DNA from: a virus | Strand: one strand, 5' to 3' | Length of the DNA: 64,000 bases | Virus record (IMG/VR): IMGVR_UViG_3300023174_003073 | Location: 1 to 64,000 of that record | Shown here: one piece after another, positions 52,404 through 61,461 of the stretch | Numbering within the stretch: position 1 is the stretch's first letter | Layout of the letters: the number at the start of each line of letters is the position of its first letter | The notes under the pieces: model-generated | What the model was told of the DNA's origin: nothing | Seen by the model: only the letters and a program-made list of their open reading frames with translations | Database searches by the model: none | Translations under genes and position numbers: made by a program

Positions 52404-53825
52404 TTACGTGTCAGTCACACTGAAACTTAGTTTTTGTGCATTTGGTGAAGCAGAACTTGATTTGCTATACATTTCAACATGCCCATTAACTGTGCCTGGC
52501 CATAATACATCAGCAAACAATTTACCTTGCCGCTCACGTGAAAAGATTTGGACAAAGTTGTAGCCCAAAACTTCTAGTACAGTTTTCCTAAATGCAGGAT
52601 ATACATTTTTTATATTGACTAGATCCATTACAATTTTGTTTAATTGATAATGTACCTTACCAAAATGACTCCCGCTCAATTCACCTCTAACAGCCTTGAT
52701 GTTTGTTAACTTAATAAACTTTCTAGGACAAGGTAATGTTGGATCTTCTAGTGTATCTAGCAGTCTATTGTATTCACCTTCAGTTACGGGGAAAATAGCC
52801 TTAATAAAATCAGGTACTTTATCAGGTACAGTATTAATTAGTAACTGCATTAATCTGAACGGTTGTTGTAACGCACTAGCCGCACGTGCTTCATCAAGTA
52901 ATTTTACAACATTTGCAATATTTTTATTTTTAGTGCTACGAATACTTTCTGGAACAATTAAGTTGTCCATACTAGGAGGTGCACCTTTGTCAGCACCTTT
53001 AGCACTTAGTTTCAAAACGTGACCTGTTGCACTGTTCTGTAATGCTAGACTGTCTGCAAGAGGTGTGTTTGTTGACTTAGGAAAATATAATATTAAATTA
53101 CTCATGGATGCTTGGTCAACATTCATAAATTCAAAAAAGGCATCACTATTGGGGAAGTTAGCAATACCTTGAACTAGTTGTTGAACACCCAAGTATTCTC
53201 CTGCATAGTCACGAATTGCCTTCAGTGCTGGTACAGGAAGATCCTTCTTACTTGGCATAGTTGGAACTTGCCCTGCAGAGATTTGCTTAGACATTCCAAT
53301 AACTGCATGACCTACTAATCCTGCACCCTGAAGAATCTTATCAGACTGAATCATTTGACCTAATACACCTGCTCTAAATGCGCCGGTTGACATAGCAATC
53401 TTCAATGCATTAGGATCATCAGGGTTGAACTTTTTCTCTGTTCCTGAGATAGATAAATTGGATGGTTTGATGGGTAATGCTTCCTTGCCCCCTGGGTTAT
53501 CAACTGCACTCACACCACCAAATTCTTTAGTTTTTTCTAGCATTGCTAGGGTTATTGGGCGGCCATCAGCCGCTATAAAGTTGTTAGGGAACTCACGGTA
53601 ACTATTTGTAGTAATAGTTTTAAGTAAAGCAAGGATATTTCTATCTTTTTTCAAGACTACTTGTCCCCCACCGCCAACTAAGTGAAAGGGTAAACCTGAA
53701 GCATACATTTTTACAAAGTTATCTATGCGACTTTGTTTGGCTGCTTGAGGTCCAAAATCACCTTTCTCTATTTTGCGTTCAGTCAAGATAGTTTTTGATT
53801 CAGTAATAAATTCAGTCGCTCTCAT
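52404..53825 (-). CDS. Hypothetical protein with capsid-targeting-like N-terminus, possible PD-(D/E)xK fold
   Basis: MRATEFITE; GEYLG...FP...PLADS...LSAKG; ATAAATA upstream. Confidence 0.65.
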   Translation of the reverse strand: MRATEFITESKTILTERKIEKGDFGPQAAKQSRIDNFVKMYASGLPFHLVGGGGQVVLKKDRNILALLKTITTNSYREFPNNFIAADGRPITLAMLEKTKEFGGVSAVDNPGGKEALPIKPSNLSISGTEKKFNPDDPNALKIAMSTGAFRAGVLGQMIQSDKILQGAGLVGHAVIGMSKQISAGQVPTMPSKKDLPVPALKAIRDYAGEYLGVQQLVQGIANFPNSDAFFEFMNVDQASMSNLILYFPKSTNTPLADSLALQNSATGHVLKLSAKGADKGAPPSMDNLIVPESIRSTKNKNIANVVKLLDEARAASALQQPFRLMQLLINTVPDKVPDFIKAIFPVTEGEYNRLLDTLEDPTLPCPRKFIKLTNIKAVRGELSGSHFGKVHYQLNKIVMDLVNIKNVYPAFRKTVLEVLGYNFVQIFSRERQGKLFADVLWPGTVNGHVEMYSKSSSASPNAQKLSFSVTDT

Positions 53826-53861
53826 TCTACAAATTCCTAAGTAATGTAGTATTTATCTTAA

Positions 53862-54335
53862 TTACGACTTAAATAAATCTTGTTTTTTGAACCATTGTCT
53901 GGTAGAATAGCAGGTTTTGATTGAAATATTATGCTCCCACATCTTCAACTGATATCTATAAAAGCTAGGACCGTGACTCATAACTCTATTCTTACGACCA
54001 TGACTGAATACATCCCATTGATATTGATGTGCCATTTCATGTGCTAACATTGTTACCATCCATTGTGTGCAGTACCATTTATCACTTAATTTGATCCTAC
54101 AGTAGGTTCCATTATAATACGGGTTGTCTTCCCCGTAACACATACCCCAATACTCACGGCAAGTGCCCAACTTAATGTTGGGCCTAATTAAAATATTATC
54201 AAAAACTTGCTCGTTTAGCAAATCATATACATGCTCCACGTCATCTAAGTCTGGTCTAAATAGTAGTCTTTTTTGCGCGGTGACTCCGGGCAAAGGTAAA
54301 TCCATCAATTCTCGCAATGACAAGGACTTGAACAT
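53862..54335 (-). CDS. SprT-like Zn metalloprotease
   Basis: LN..VF..L, LAHEMAHQYQ, SHGPSF. Confidence 0.85.
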   Translation of the reverse strand: MFKSLSLRELMDLPLPGVTAQKRLLFRPDLDDVEHVYDLLNEQVFDNILIRPNIKLGTCREYWGMCYGEDNPYYNGTYCRIKLSDKWYCTQWMVTMLAHEMAHQYQWDVFSHGRKNRVMSHGPSFYRYQLKMWEHNISIKTCYSTRQWFKKQDLFKS

Positions 54336-54401
54336 ATAGTATTTATGAAAAAATATGCTTTGGAACCAGCCATCATAAATATTAGTTCAAGGAGATTTAC
54401 T

Positions 54402-54701
54402 ATGGAAGTTATTATCATTATTGCTATTATCGTAGCAATTGGTTACGCATTATACAGTACATTCGGAAGCAAATCCCCAGCTGTACAACAAGAAGTTGCT
54501 AAGGTTGAGGAAGTTGCTAAAGAAGTAGTTACTGAAGTTAAAGCAGAAGTAGCCGCTGTTAAGGAAGTTGCTAAAAAGACTACAACCCGTGCTAAAAAAG
54601 CATTGGATGTTAATCAAGATGGCAAAGTTAATGCTCAAGATGCAGTTGCTGCCGTTAAAAAAGTAGCCGCTAAAACATCTAAAGCTAAACCAAAAGCGTA
54701 A
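54402..54701 (+). CDS. Membrane-anchored protein with EF-hand-like loop and Lys/Ala-rich tail
   Basis: N-terminal TM segment; LDVNQDGKVNAQDA; AAGGAG RBS. Confidence 0.75.
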   Translation: MEVIIIIAIIVAIGYALYSTFGSKSPAVQQEVAKVEEVAKEVVTEVKAEVAAVKEVAKKTTTRAKKALDVNQDGKVNAQDAVAAVKKVAAKTSKAKPKA

Positions 54702-54763
54702 TATATACTGCTTTATTGCGAAATAGGGCAACAGCCCTATTTCCATATAATTTATAAGAAAAT

Positions 54764-55471
54764 ATGATTCTTGGTTTTGATGTAATCAGTGATTTAAATT
54801 TATCAGAGAACGACACCTTTATATGGGAAGATAAACCCACAAGTTTATATTGTATTGTTGCAGGTAATATAAGTGATGATTTGGCAATGGTACAGACAGT
54901 ATTAGACATTCTAGGTAATTGCTATCAGGGTGTCTTTTTTATTGACGGTGCGTTAGAACATAGCACTGTTATCATTAGAGAAAAACGAAACAAAGAAATT
55001 GAAGATATTTGCAAACCGTTGAAAAATGTAATCTACCTACATGACAATGTAGTAGTGTTAAATGAAATTGCAATTGTGGGGGTCAACGGATGGCATGGTA
55101 ATTATAGCCCTAAGAATAAAATGGCTGAGATAGAATTGATATGTGCAGGCTATCAGGATGTTTCATATCTATGTAGTACTGTTCATAGACTTCAATTGCA
55201 CTCAGAAGTTAAACATATTGTTGTTGTTTCTAGTTGTGTTCCAACTGAAAAATTATACTATGGTGAACAACCAAATATGCATGAGACAGGTCCGATAACT
55301 GATGCATTAGAATATGATACTGAAAAGAAAATATCTCATTGGGTGTTTGGTACATATGGAAAAATAGTTGATACAGTCATGGACAATATCAACTATCTTA
55401 ATAACCCATGTAACGGGCGTAACCCTTATTACGCTAAACGTATAGAGTTTAAGACTCTTCCTCAATTTTAA
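54764..55471 (+). CDS. Divergent metallophosphoesterase-fold protein
   Basis: ISDLNL, AGNIS, IDGALEH, WVFGT; metal ligands partly lost. Confidence 0.7.
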   Translation: MILGFDVISDLNLSENDTFIWEDKPTSLYCIVAGNISDDLAMVQTVLDILGNCYQGVFFIDGALEHSTVIIREKRNKEIEDICKPLKNVIYLHDNVVVLNEIAIVGVNGWHGNYSPKNKMAEIELICAGYQDVSYLCSTVHRLQLHSEVKHIVVVSSCVPTEKLYYGEQPNMHETGPITDALEYDTEKKISHWVFGTYGKIVDTVMDNINYLNNPCNGRNPYYAKRIEFKTLPQF

Positions 55472-55754
55472 CTTGTAACGGATAGCCCTCAGTTCTGGCT
55501 TCCATGGTTACTTCAATTCCCTTTTGCTCTGCAATTTCATAGGGCAATACTGCAACAACTGCACTTCCGGATTCATGTATTCCAGTAGTGATATTTAATG
55601 CAGTATCGTTATTGTAGTGAAAATGGTCAACTAAACTACGTATGACAAATTCCATACTAGTGAGTTCATCATTGATATAAATTACTCTAAACAAAGGAGG
55701 TTCTTTAATGTCAACGATAGGTCGTACTTTAATATTTGAATCAGTTTGTGCCAT
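55449..55754 (-). CDS. clpS: Clp protease adaptor ClpS
   Basis: PPLFRVIYINDELTSMEFV..L...IHESGSAVV..EIAE.K..YPL. Confidence 0.92.
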   Translation of the reverse strand: MAQTDSNIKVRPIVDIKEPPLFRVIYINDELTSMEFVIRSLVDHFHYNNDTALNITTGIHESGSAVVAVLPYEIAEQKGIEVTMEARTEGYPLQVKIEEES

Positions 55755-55817
55755 TTTTTTTCTTTCAAAATAGTGTGCAGTTTCCTGCACACTTGTATTT
55801 ACAATAATGCTATTATA

Positions 55818-56264
55818 TTATTTATTATAGTTTATTGCAATCTTCTTGGGCTTATGCTCTTCTGGAACAATGCGTTCTAGTTCGATGGTCAAAACCCCGT
55901 TTTCATTTATAGCACTTTTAACTTCAACATGTTCTGCTAAAGTAAATTCACGCACAAAATTGCGGTTACTGATACCACGATGTAGATATTCTTTTGGGTT
56001 ATCTAAGTCATGGATTTTGTTACCGGTAATTGTAAGCACACGACTTTCTAATTCAATAGAAACTTCCCCTTCACTGAATCCAGCAACCGCTACTTCAATA
56101 GCGAAACGGTCCTCTGTTTCCTTTACTATGTTGTATGGTGGATAGTTCGTATTAGATTGTGTTGCATTCATACGCATCAACTCATCTATCATGGTATCAA
56201 ATCCGATTCCAAATCTATGAATGGTTGGTATATCTAACGCTCTTAGTGTTAATTCTCTTGACAT
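55818..56264 (-). CDS. Small heat-shock protein (IbpA/Hsp20)
   Basis: IGFD, NYPPYNI, AVAGF, YLHRGIS.R.F.R.FTLA, NGVL.IEL. Confidence 0.93.
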   Translation of the reverse strand: MSRELTLRALDIPTIHRFGIGFDTMIDELMRMNATQSNTNYPPYNIVKETEDRFAIEVAVAGFSEGEVSIELESRVLTITGNKIHDLDNPKEYLHRGISNRNFVREFTLAEHVEVKSAINENGVLTIELERIVPEEHKPKKIAINYNK

Positions 56265-56270
56265 TTTATA

Positions 56271-56323
56271 TCTCCTTTAATAAGCAAGAATAATTGTTGG
56301 GCCCGCAACTTGCGGCACCCAAC
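56271..56323 (-). promoter_or_regulatory. ROSE-like RNA thermometer leader of hsp20
   Basis: TCTTGCTT pairs with the AAGGAGA SD with a bulged G; upstream GTTGGGTGCC..GGGCCCAAC hairpin. Confidence 0.7.
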
Positions 56324-56331
56324 TTTGATAG

Positions 56332-58224
56332 TTAAACAGTCTCTGCTGACTCTTTAACTTCTGCATCAACCACATCTTCAGGTTGTGATTGTTTCTTTTC
56401 AGCTTCCTCAGCATCATGTTTAGCTTTAGTGATTGGACTAATCGCCTCATACAATTTAGGAATGCTTTCTTGGATGACTGTTGGATCATCACCTTTAATT
56501 GCTTCTTCAACTGCTTTGATTGCTTCCTCAGCCTTAGTTTTTTCTTCTAGTGTAACTTTGTCACTATACTTGTCAAAGTCTTGTTTGAATCCATTTAGTG
56601 TAGATTCTGCACCATTACGTGCTTCAATCAATTCACGGGCTTTCTTATCAGACTCAGCATTCAACTCAGCATCTTTAACCATTTGTTGAATCTCGGCTTC
56701 TGATAAACCGCTATTTGACTTAATAGTGATTTTGTTTTCCTTACCAGTGCCTTTGTCTTTAGCACCGATGTGCATAATACCATTAGCATCAATATCAAAT
56801 GTAACTTCAATTTGTGGCACGCCTTTTGGTGCTGGTGGAATTCCATCTAAGTTGAAATCACCTAGCAACTTGTTGTACTGTGCAATCTCACGCTCACCTT
56901 GGTATACTTTGATAGTAACTGCTTGTTGATTGTTTTCTGCTGTACTGAAAGTTTGACTTTGTTTAGTAGGAATAGTTGTATTCTTTTGAATCAACTTACT
57001 CATTACACCACCTAGTGTTTCGATACCAAGACTTAGTGGAGTAACATCAAGCAATAGAACGTCAGTACGTCCACCACCTAAAACATCACCTTGAATTGCG
57101 GCACCAGCAGCCACTGCTTCGTCTGGGTTAACATCCTTGCGAGGTGCTTTACCAAAGAACTTCTCAACAGCCTCTTGTACTTTAGGCATACGTGTCATAC
57201 CGCCAACAAGAATAACCTCGTCAATATCACTGTTACTTACTTTGGCATCTTGCATTGCAACTTTACAAGGTGCAATACTACGTTGAATCAATTCGTCAAC
57301 TAAACTTTCTAACTTAGCACGTGACAATTTGACATTCATATGCTTAGGACCACTAGCGTCTGCTGTTACGTATGGCAAGTTAACATCTGTTTGTGCTGAA
57401 CTTGATAATTCAATCTTAGCTTTTTCTGCGGCTTCTTTCAATCGTTGTAGTGCTAACACATCTTTACTTAAATCAACTCCTGAATCTTTCTTAAATTCAT
57501 CAATTAAGAAATCCATGATGCGTTGGTCAAAGTCTTCACCACCTAAGAATGTATCACCGTTTGTTGACAATACTTCAACTTGTGTGTCACCATCAACGTT
57601 GGCAATCTCAATGATTGATACGTCAAATGTACCACCACCTAAGTCATAGACAGCAACTTTACGGTCACGCTTTTCCTGTTTATCCACACCATACGCTAAT
57701 GCGGCTGCTGTGGGTTCGTTAATGATACGCAACACTTCCAAGCCTGCGATTTTACCTGCATCTTTGGTTGCTTGTCTTTGACTATCATTAAAATAAGCGG
57801 GAACAGTAATAACTGCTTGTGTAACTTCATGACCTAGATAATCTTCCGCAGTCTTTTTCATCTTGCGTAAGACTTCGGCTGAAATCTGTGGGGGTGCTAA
57901 CTTATTATCGTTTACTTGAACCCATGCATCACCGTTGTCATTTTCAACGATGGTATATGGCATCAAGTCTATATCTTTTTGTACAGCCTCTTCTTTGAAT
58001 TTACGGCCAATCAGTCGCTTTGCGGCATAGATTGTATTCTTTGGATTAGTAACTGCTTGACGTTTAGCACTTGCACCTACAAGAATCTCATCATTGGCAT
58101 AGGCAATGATTGAGGGTGTAGTTCTAGCACCTTCGCTGTTTTCAATTACTTTGGGGATTCCGTTTTCAATGACGGCTACACATGAATTTGTGGTACCTAG
58201 GTCGATACCGATTACTTTGCTCAT
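56332..58224 (-). CDS. dnaK: Chaperone DnaK (Hsp70)
   Basis: [35 protein letters not shown]-terminal DVVDAEV. Confidence 0.98.
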   Translation of the reverse strand: MSKVIGIDLGTTNSCVAVIENGIPKVIENSEGARTTPSIIAYANDEILVGASAKRQAVTNPKNTIYAAKRLIGRKFKEEAVQKDIDLMPYTIVENDNGDAWVQVNDNKLAPPQISAEVLRKMKKTAEDYLGHEVTQAVITVPAYFNDSQRQATKDAGKIAGLEVLRIINEPTAAALAYGVDKQEKRDRKVAVYDLGGGTFDVSIIEIANVDGDTQVEVLSTNGDTFLGGEDFDQRIMDFLIDEFKKDSGVDLSKDVLALQRLKEAAEKAKIELSSSAQTDVNLPYVTADASGPKHMNVKLSRAKLESLVDELIQRSIAPCKVAMQDAKVSNSDIDEVILVGGMTRMPKVQEAVEKFFGKAPRKDVNPDEAVAAGAAIQGDVLGGGRTDVLLLDVTPLSLGIETLGGVMSKLIQKNTTIPTKQSQTFSTAENNQQAVTIKVYQGEREIAQYNKLLGDFNLDGIPPAPKGVPQIEVTFDIDANGIMHIGAKDKGTGKENKITIKSNSGLSEAEIQQMVKDAELNAESDKKARELIEARNGAESTLNGFKQDFDKYSDKVTLEEKTKAEEAIKAVEEAIKGDDPTVIQESIPKLYEAISPITKAKHDAEEAEKKQSQPEDVVDAEVKESAETV

Positions 58225-58229
58225 AATTT

Positions 58230-58282
58230 TCTCCTTTGTTAAAGCAAGATAGATGTTATAGACCCGTTAGGCATCTATAACA
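58230..58282 (-). promoter_or_regulatory. ROSE-like RNA thermometer leader of dnaK
   Basis: TCTTGCTTT pairs with AAAGGAGA; upstream TGTTATAGATGCC..GGGTCTATAACA hairpin. Confidence 0.65.
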
Positions 58283-58325
58283 GTATATATTTTACATGAT
58301 TGTGTAATATATACAACTATTTAGG

Positions 58326-58547
58326 TTAATATAGTTTTTTGGGTAATTGTTGGTCTCGTAGATGTTTCTTCCATCTACTTTTTGCTTTGCTCTTAGCAAC
58401 TTTGCGCTGGGCAGTGGGTTTAACGAACTCTTGACGGTCGCGGACTTCTTGCAGTAGACCTTGCTCTGCAATTTTCTTTTTGAATTTACGCAATGCTTTT
58501 TCAACATTGCCATCAGTTACTAGTACCCGTCTTCCGTTTCTTGCCAT
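58326..58547 (-). CDS. rpsU: 30S ribosomal protein bS21
   Basis: VEKALRKFKKK...GLLQEVRDRQEFVKPT..RK. Confidence 0.92.
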   Translation of the reverse strand: MARNGRRVLVTDGNVEKALRKFKKKIAEQGLLQEVRDRQEFVKPTAQRKVAKSKAKSRWKKHLRDQQLPKKLY

Positions 58548-59736
58548 ATATTGGTGTGGGATTTAAAATTTGATCCACATCTATATTTAGCACAGTTACG
58601 TTATTTTCTTTGTATTGCTTGGTATAGAACATATGACACATTAACACACGCTCAATCTCAGTATGCAATCCACGTGCTCCAGTCTGTAGTGTTAGTGTAT
58701 TTTCAGCAATTTGCTCAAGGGCTTCTTTTGTAAAGGATAGATTGATATTATCTAAACTTAGCAAATACTTATATTGACTGATATAATTATTCTTTACATC
58801 GGTCAAGATATTGACTAATTGTTCTTTGGTCAATTCTTGGATACTGACTGTTGTAGTGAAACGACCGATAAATTCAGGAATCATACCAAATTTAGTTAAG
58901 TCATCAGGACTAACCTTTGTCAAGTCACCCTCAATCTTGCTGTCTGTGATAGTAGCATTAAATCCAATGCTGGTACCATTCATACGATTAGCAATGATAT
59001 CCTTTAATCCAACGAATGCACCACCTGCAATGAATAATATATCTTTAGTGTTGATTTCACTCATATCACCGCCGGGGTGTTTACGACCACCTTCTTTGGG
59101 AATACGAACAGTGCTACCTTCTACCATTTTAAGCAATGCTTGTTGCACACCTTCACCTGATACGTCACGTGTGATACTTGCACTTTCACCTTTGCGGGCA
59201 ATCTTGTCAATTTCATCAACAAAGATAATACCGCGCTCTGCAAGTTTTACATCACCACCTGCGGCATGAATCAGCATACTAATCATAGACTCAACATCAT
59301 CACCTACATAACCGGCTTCTGTTAAACTTGTAGCATCAGCAACGATAAAGGGCACTTTGAGATATTTTGCGGCTGTCTTAGCAAGTAACGTTTTACCACT
59401 ACCAGTAGGACCAACAATCAGTACATTACCTTTTTGTATCTCAATATCTTTTGGTGGATTGTTGATTCGTTTATAGTGATTGGCAATAGCTACACTTAGA
59501 ATCATCTTAGCATCTTCTTGACCAACTACGTGCATATCAAGATACTCTTTGATAGCCTCTGGGTCACGATTTGGTTCAATTGGATTTTCAGGTTCTACTT
59601 CATCATTGATTAGATTTTGACATAGTTCCACGCATTCGTTGCATATAGCAACCTTTTCACTAACAACAAGTTTCTTTACGATTTCTTTGCTGTTACCACA
59701 AAAGTGACAATAATTTATTTTAGATTCTTCGGACAT
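58513..59736 (-). CDS. clpX: ATP-dependent Clp protease ATP-binding subunit
   Basis: CHFC..C.EC Zn finger, GPTGSGKT, DATSLTEAGYVG, DEIDKI, RDVSGEGVQQALLK, IGF, GARGL. Confidence 0.96.
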   Translation of the reverse strand: MSEESKINYCHFCGNSKEIVKKLVVSEKVAICNECVELCQNLINDEVEPENPIEPNRDPEAIKEYLDMHVVGQEDAKMILSVAIANHYKRINNPPKDIEIQKGNVLIVGPTGSGKTLLAKTAAKYLKVPFIVADATSLTEAGYVGDDVESMISMLIHAAGGDVKLAERGIIFVDEIDKIARKGESASITRDVSGEGVQQALLKMVEGSTVRIPKEGGRKHPGGDMSEINTKDILFIAGGAFVGLKDIIANRMNGTSIGFNATITDSKIEGDLTKVSPDDLTKFGMIPEFIGRFTTTVSIQELTKEQLVNILTDVKNNYISQYKYLLSLDNINLSFTKEALEQIAENTLTLQTGARGLHTEIERVLMCHMFYTKQYKENNVTVLNIDVDQILNPTPIYGKKRKTGTSN

Positions 59737-59766
59737 GTTATTACTTATCACTTTGTGACATTTTAA

Positions 59767-60756
59767 TTAATTATTTAACTTCACGCATGTTTTGGTTACG
59801 CTTAGTTCAACACTGTCAGCACGTTCTAATGCAGCCTTGATTTTATAATTGATAGGTATCTGAACATTATTATCTAATACTTCGTTACCAAAGATAGTAT
59901 AACTACCTCTATCATTAGCACCTGCAAATGTTGCATCTGGGTTATAACATTCTGCAAAAATAAGGTCACCGTCACCATCTTTGATTTTTGCTTGAATAAA
60001 GAATTCACCACGAAATGCACTTTTCAATTGCTCTGGTTTTAAACTATCATTAAAATAATAAGTATCTGTTCTACCTAAAAACCAATCTTTGGGATTCTTA
60101 CTGACTACATGGATACGTTCAGGTGAACGCTTATCACCATGTTGTATTTTTGACAATGACTCATTCAATGCAACCAAGTACTTATAACTCCAACGCATTT
60201 CGAATGGTACAATCAAAACGGCTCTACGTTTAGTATCTACTACAAATTCATGCTTACCTTGTTTAATGTCAAATGCACGATTTGGGTAATCATTCAATAC
60301 AGCACCTAGAAAAGAATCACCTGATTTTTGTTCTTGCAAATAAGTATCGTATTGAGTTGATAGTCTATCACCTTCAATTTGCTTTTCACTACGACCAGTG
60401 TTTAATACTCGTTCATGTATTTTGCTACTCTTAACAATTACGTCAACAATAACAATTACATCATTTGGATTTTCAATTTTATTGATGATTTGATAACGGT
60501 CAACATAACCTGCACTGTAGTTTATGAGGTCGTCTTTGTTTAGATTGTCTTTGCGTGATTCTCGTTCACTCAATACAGCAGTGCCAACAATCATTGTAAT
60601 TGCATTTCTAAATGCATCATTCTTTGCATTCTCTAATGTTGTACCATTTCCCACTGACCTAACATAGCCGGGGTCTTTAGTATCTAACTTAGTGGTAGGC
60701 TGAGAATGTACTGACTCTGTACAAAACAGAGCCAGTACTATCAATAAGTATTTCAT
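59767..60756 (-). CDS. Secreted protein, LPP20/FlgT-N-like
   Basis: Signal peptide; G.GTTLENAKNDAFRNAI..G. Confidence 0.65.
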   Translation of the reverse strand: MKYLLIVLALFCTESVHSQPTTKLDTKDPGYVRSVGNGTTLENAKNDAFRNAITMIVGTAVLSERESRKDNLNKDDLINYSAGYVDRYQIINKIENPNDVIVIVDVIVKSSKIHERVLNTGRSEKQIEGDRLSTQYDTYLQEQKSGDSFLGAVLNDYPNRAFDIKQGKHEFVVDTKRRAVLIVPFEMRWSYKYLVALNESLSKIQHGDKRSPERIHVVSKNPKDWFLGRTDTYYFNDSLKPEQLKSAFRGEFFIQAKIKDGDGDLIFAECYNPDATFAGANDRGSYTIFGNEVLDNNVQIPINYKIKAALERADSVELSVTKTCVKLNN

Positions 60757-61379
60757 TGCATTTTCTTAACGAATTGATTACGTGAGTTATCACTTTCGAT
60801 ATCCCAGCGAATAGTAACTGCAACTTCTTGCTCACCTACCACACGCTCATCAATTTTAACAAAACCTTTAAGGATAGCACCTGATGAGGTTCTAATAGTT
60901 TCAGTCAATTGAACTACAGTGTCATTCACATTTTCTCGGCTAGAGATAGCCTTTGCCTCTTTGTCAGTCATTTCAACAGCATTGTCATCAGCTTTACCTG
61001 AATTAACTTTGTCAGTTGCCTTTTCTAGGTTCTTTGCAATAGTAGTTTGCACACGATTAGTAGTAACTTCTTTTTGCAAGAATTCTGCTACATTAGCATT
61101 GGCTCGCATTTCAGCACGAACTAATGCATTTTTACGATTAGAAATAGTGTTACCGAATGCAGGTGCAGTACCAGTAGATTCAATAGCAACAACATCGCAA
61201 CTAGTACCAAACGATAACCAAGAACATTTGGTTTCAATCTTAACCTTCTCACTTACAAATGATGTAGAAAGTTTTTGATTGATAATTGGTGTATTAGAAT
61301 TAGTACCATTACCAGTTTTCATACTAGAACATGCGGTCAATGACAAGGCAATGACTAGTGCAGATAATTTAAGTTTCAT
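60753..61379 (-). CDS. Lipoprotein, LPP20-like
   Basis: LTAC lipobox; A..RA.A.VAEF..G.ILKG. Confidence 0.75.
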   Translation of the reverse strand: MKLKLSALVIALSLTACSSMKTGNGTNSNTPIINQKLSTSFVSEKVKIETKCSWLSFGTSCDVVAIESTGTAPAFGNTISNRKNALVRAEMRANANVAEFLQKEVTTNRVQTTIAKNLEKATDKVNSGKADDNAVEMTDKEAKAISSRENVNDTVVQLTETIRTSSGAILKGFVKIDERVVGEQEVAVTIRWDIESDNSRNQFVKKMQ

Positions 61380-61461
61380 AAAGACCTCTGTGTGTAGTTA
61401 AACAATGAATATAGTTTAACAGTAAATGGATTTACTGTCAACGATTTTTAATGATTTTGGG

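Noticed and set aside
51759-59736. Bacterial chromosomal origin or host contamination of the chaperone block
   Set aside because: The gene order is not a bacterial dnaK or clpPX operon, and the genes are interleaved with phage-type ORFs and share the phage promoter motifs and composition.
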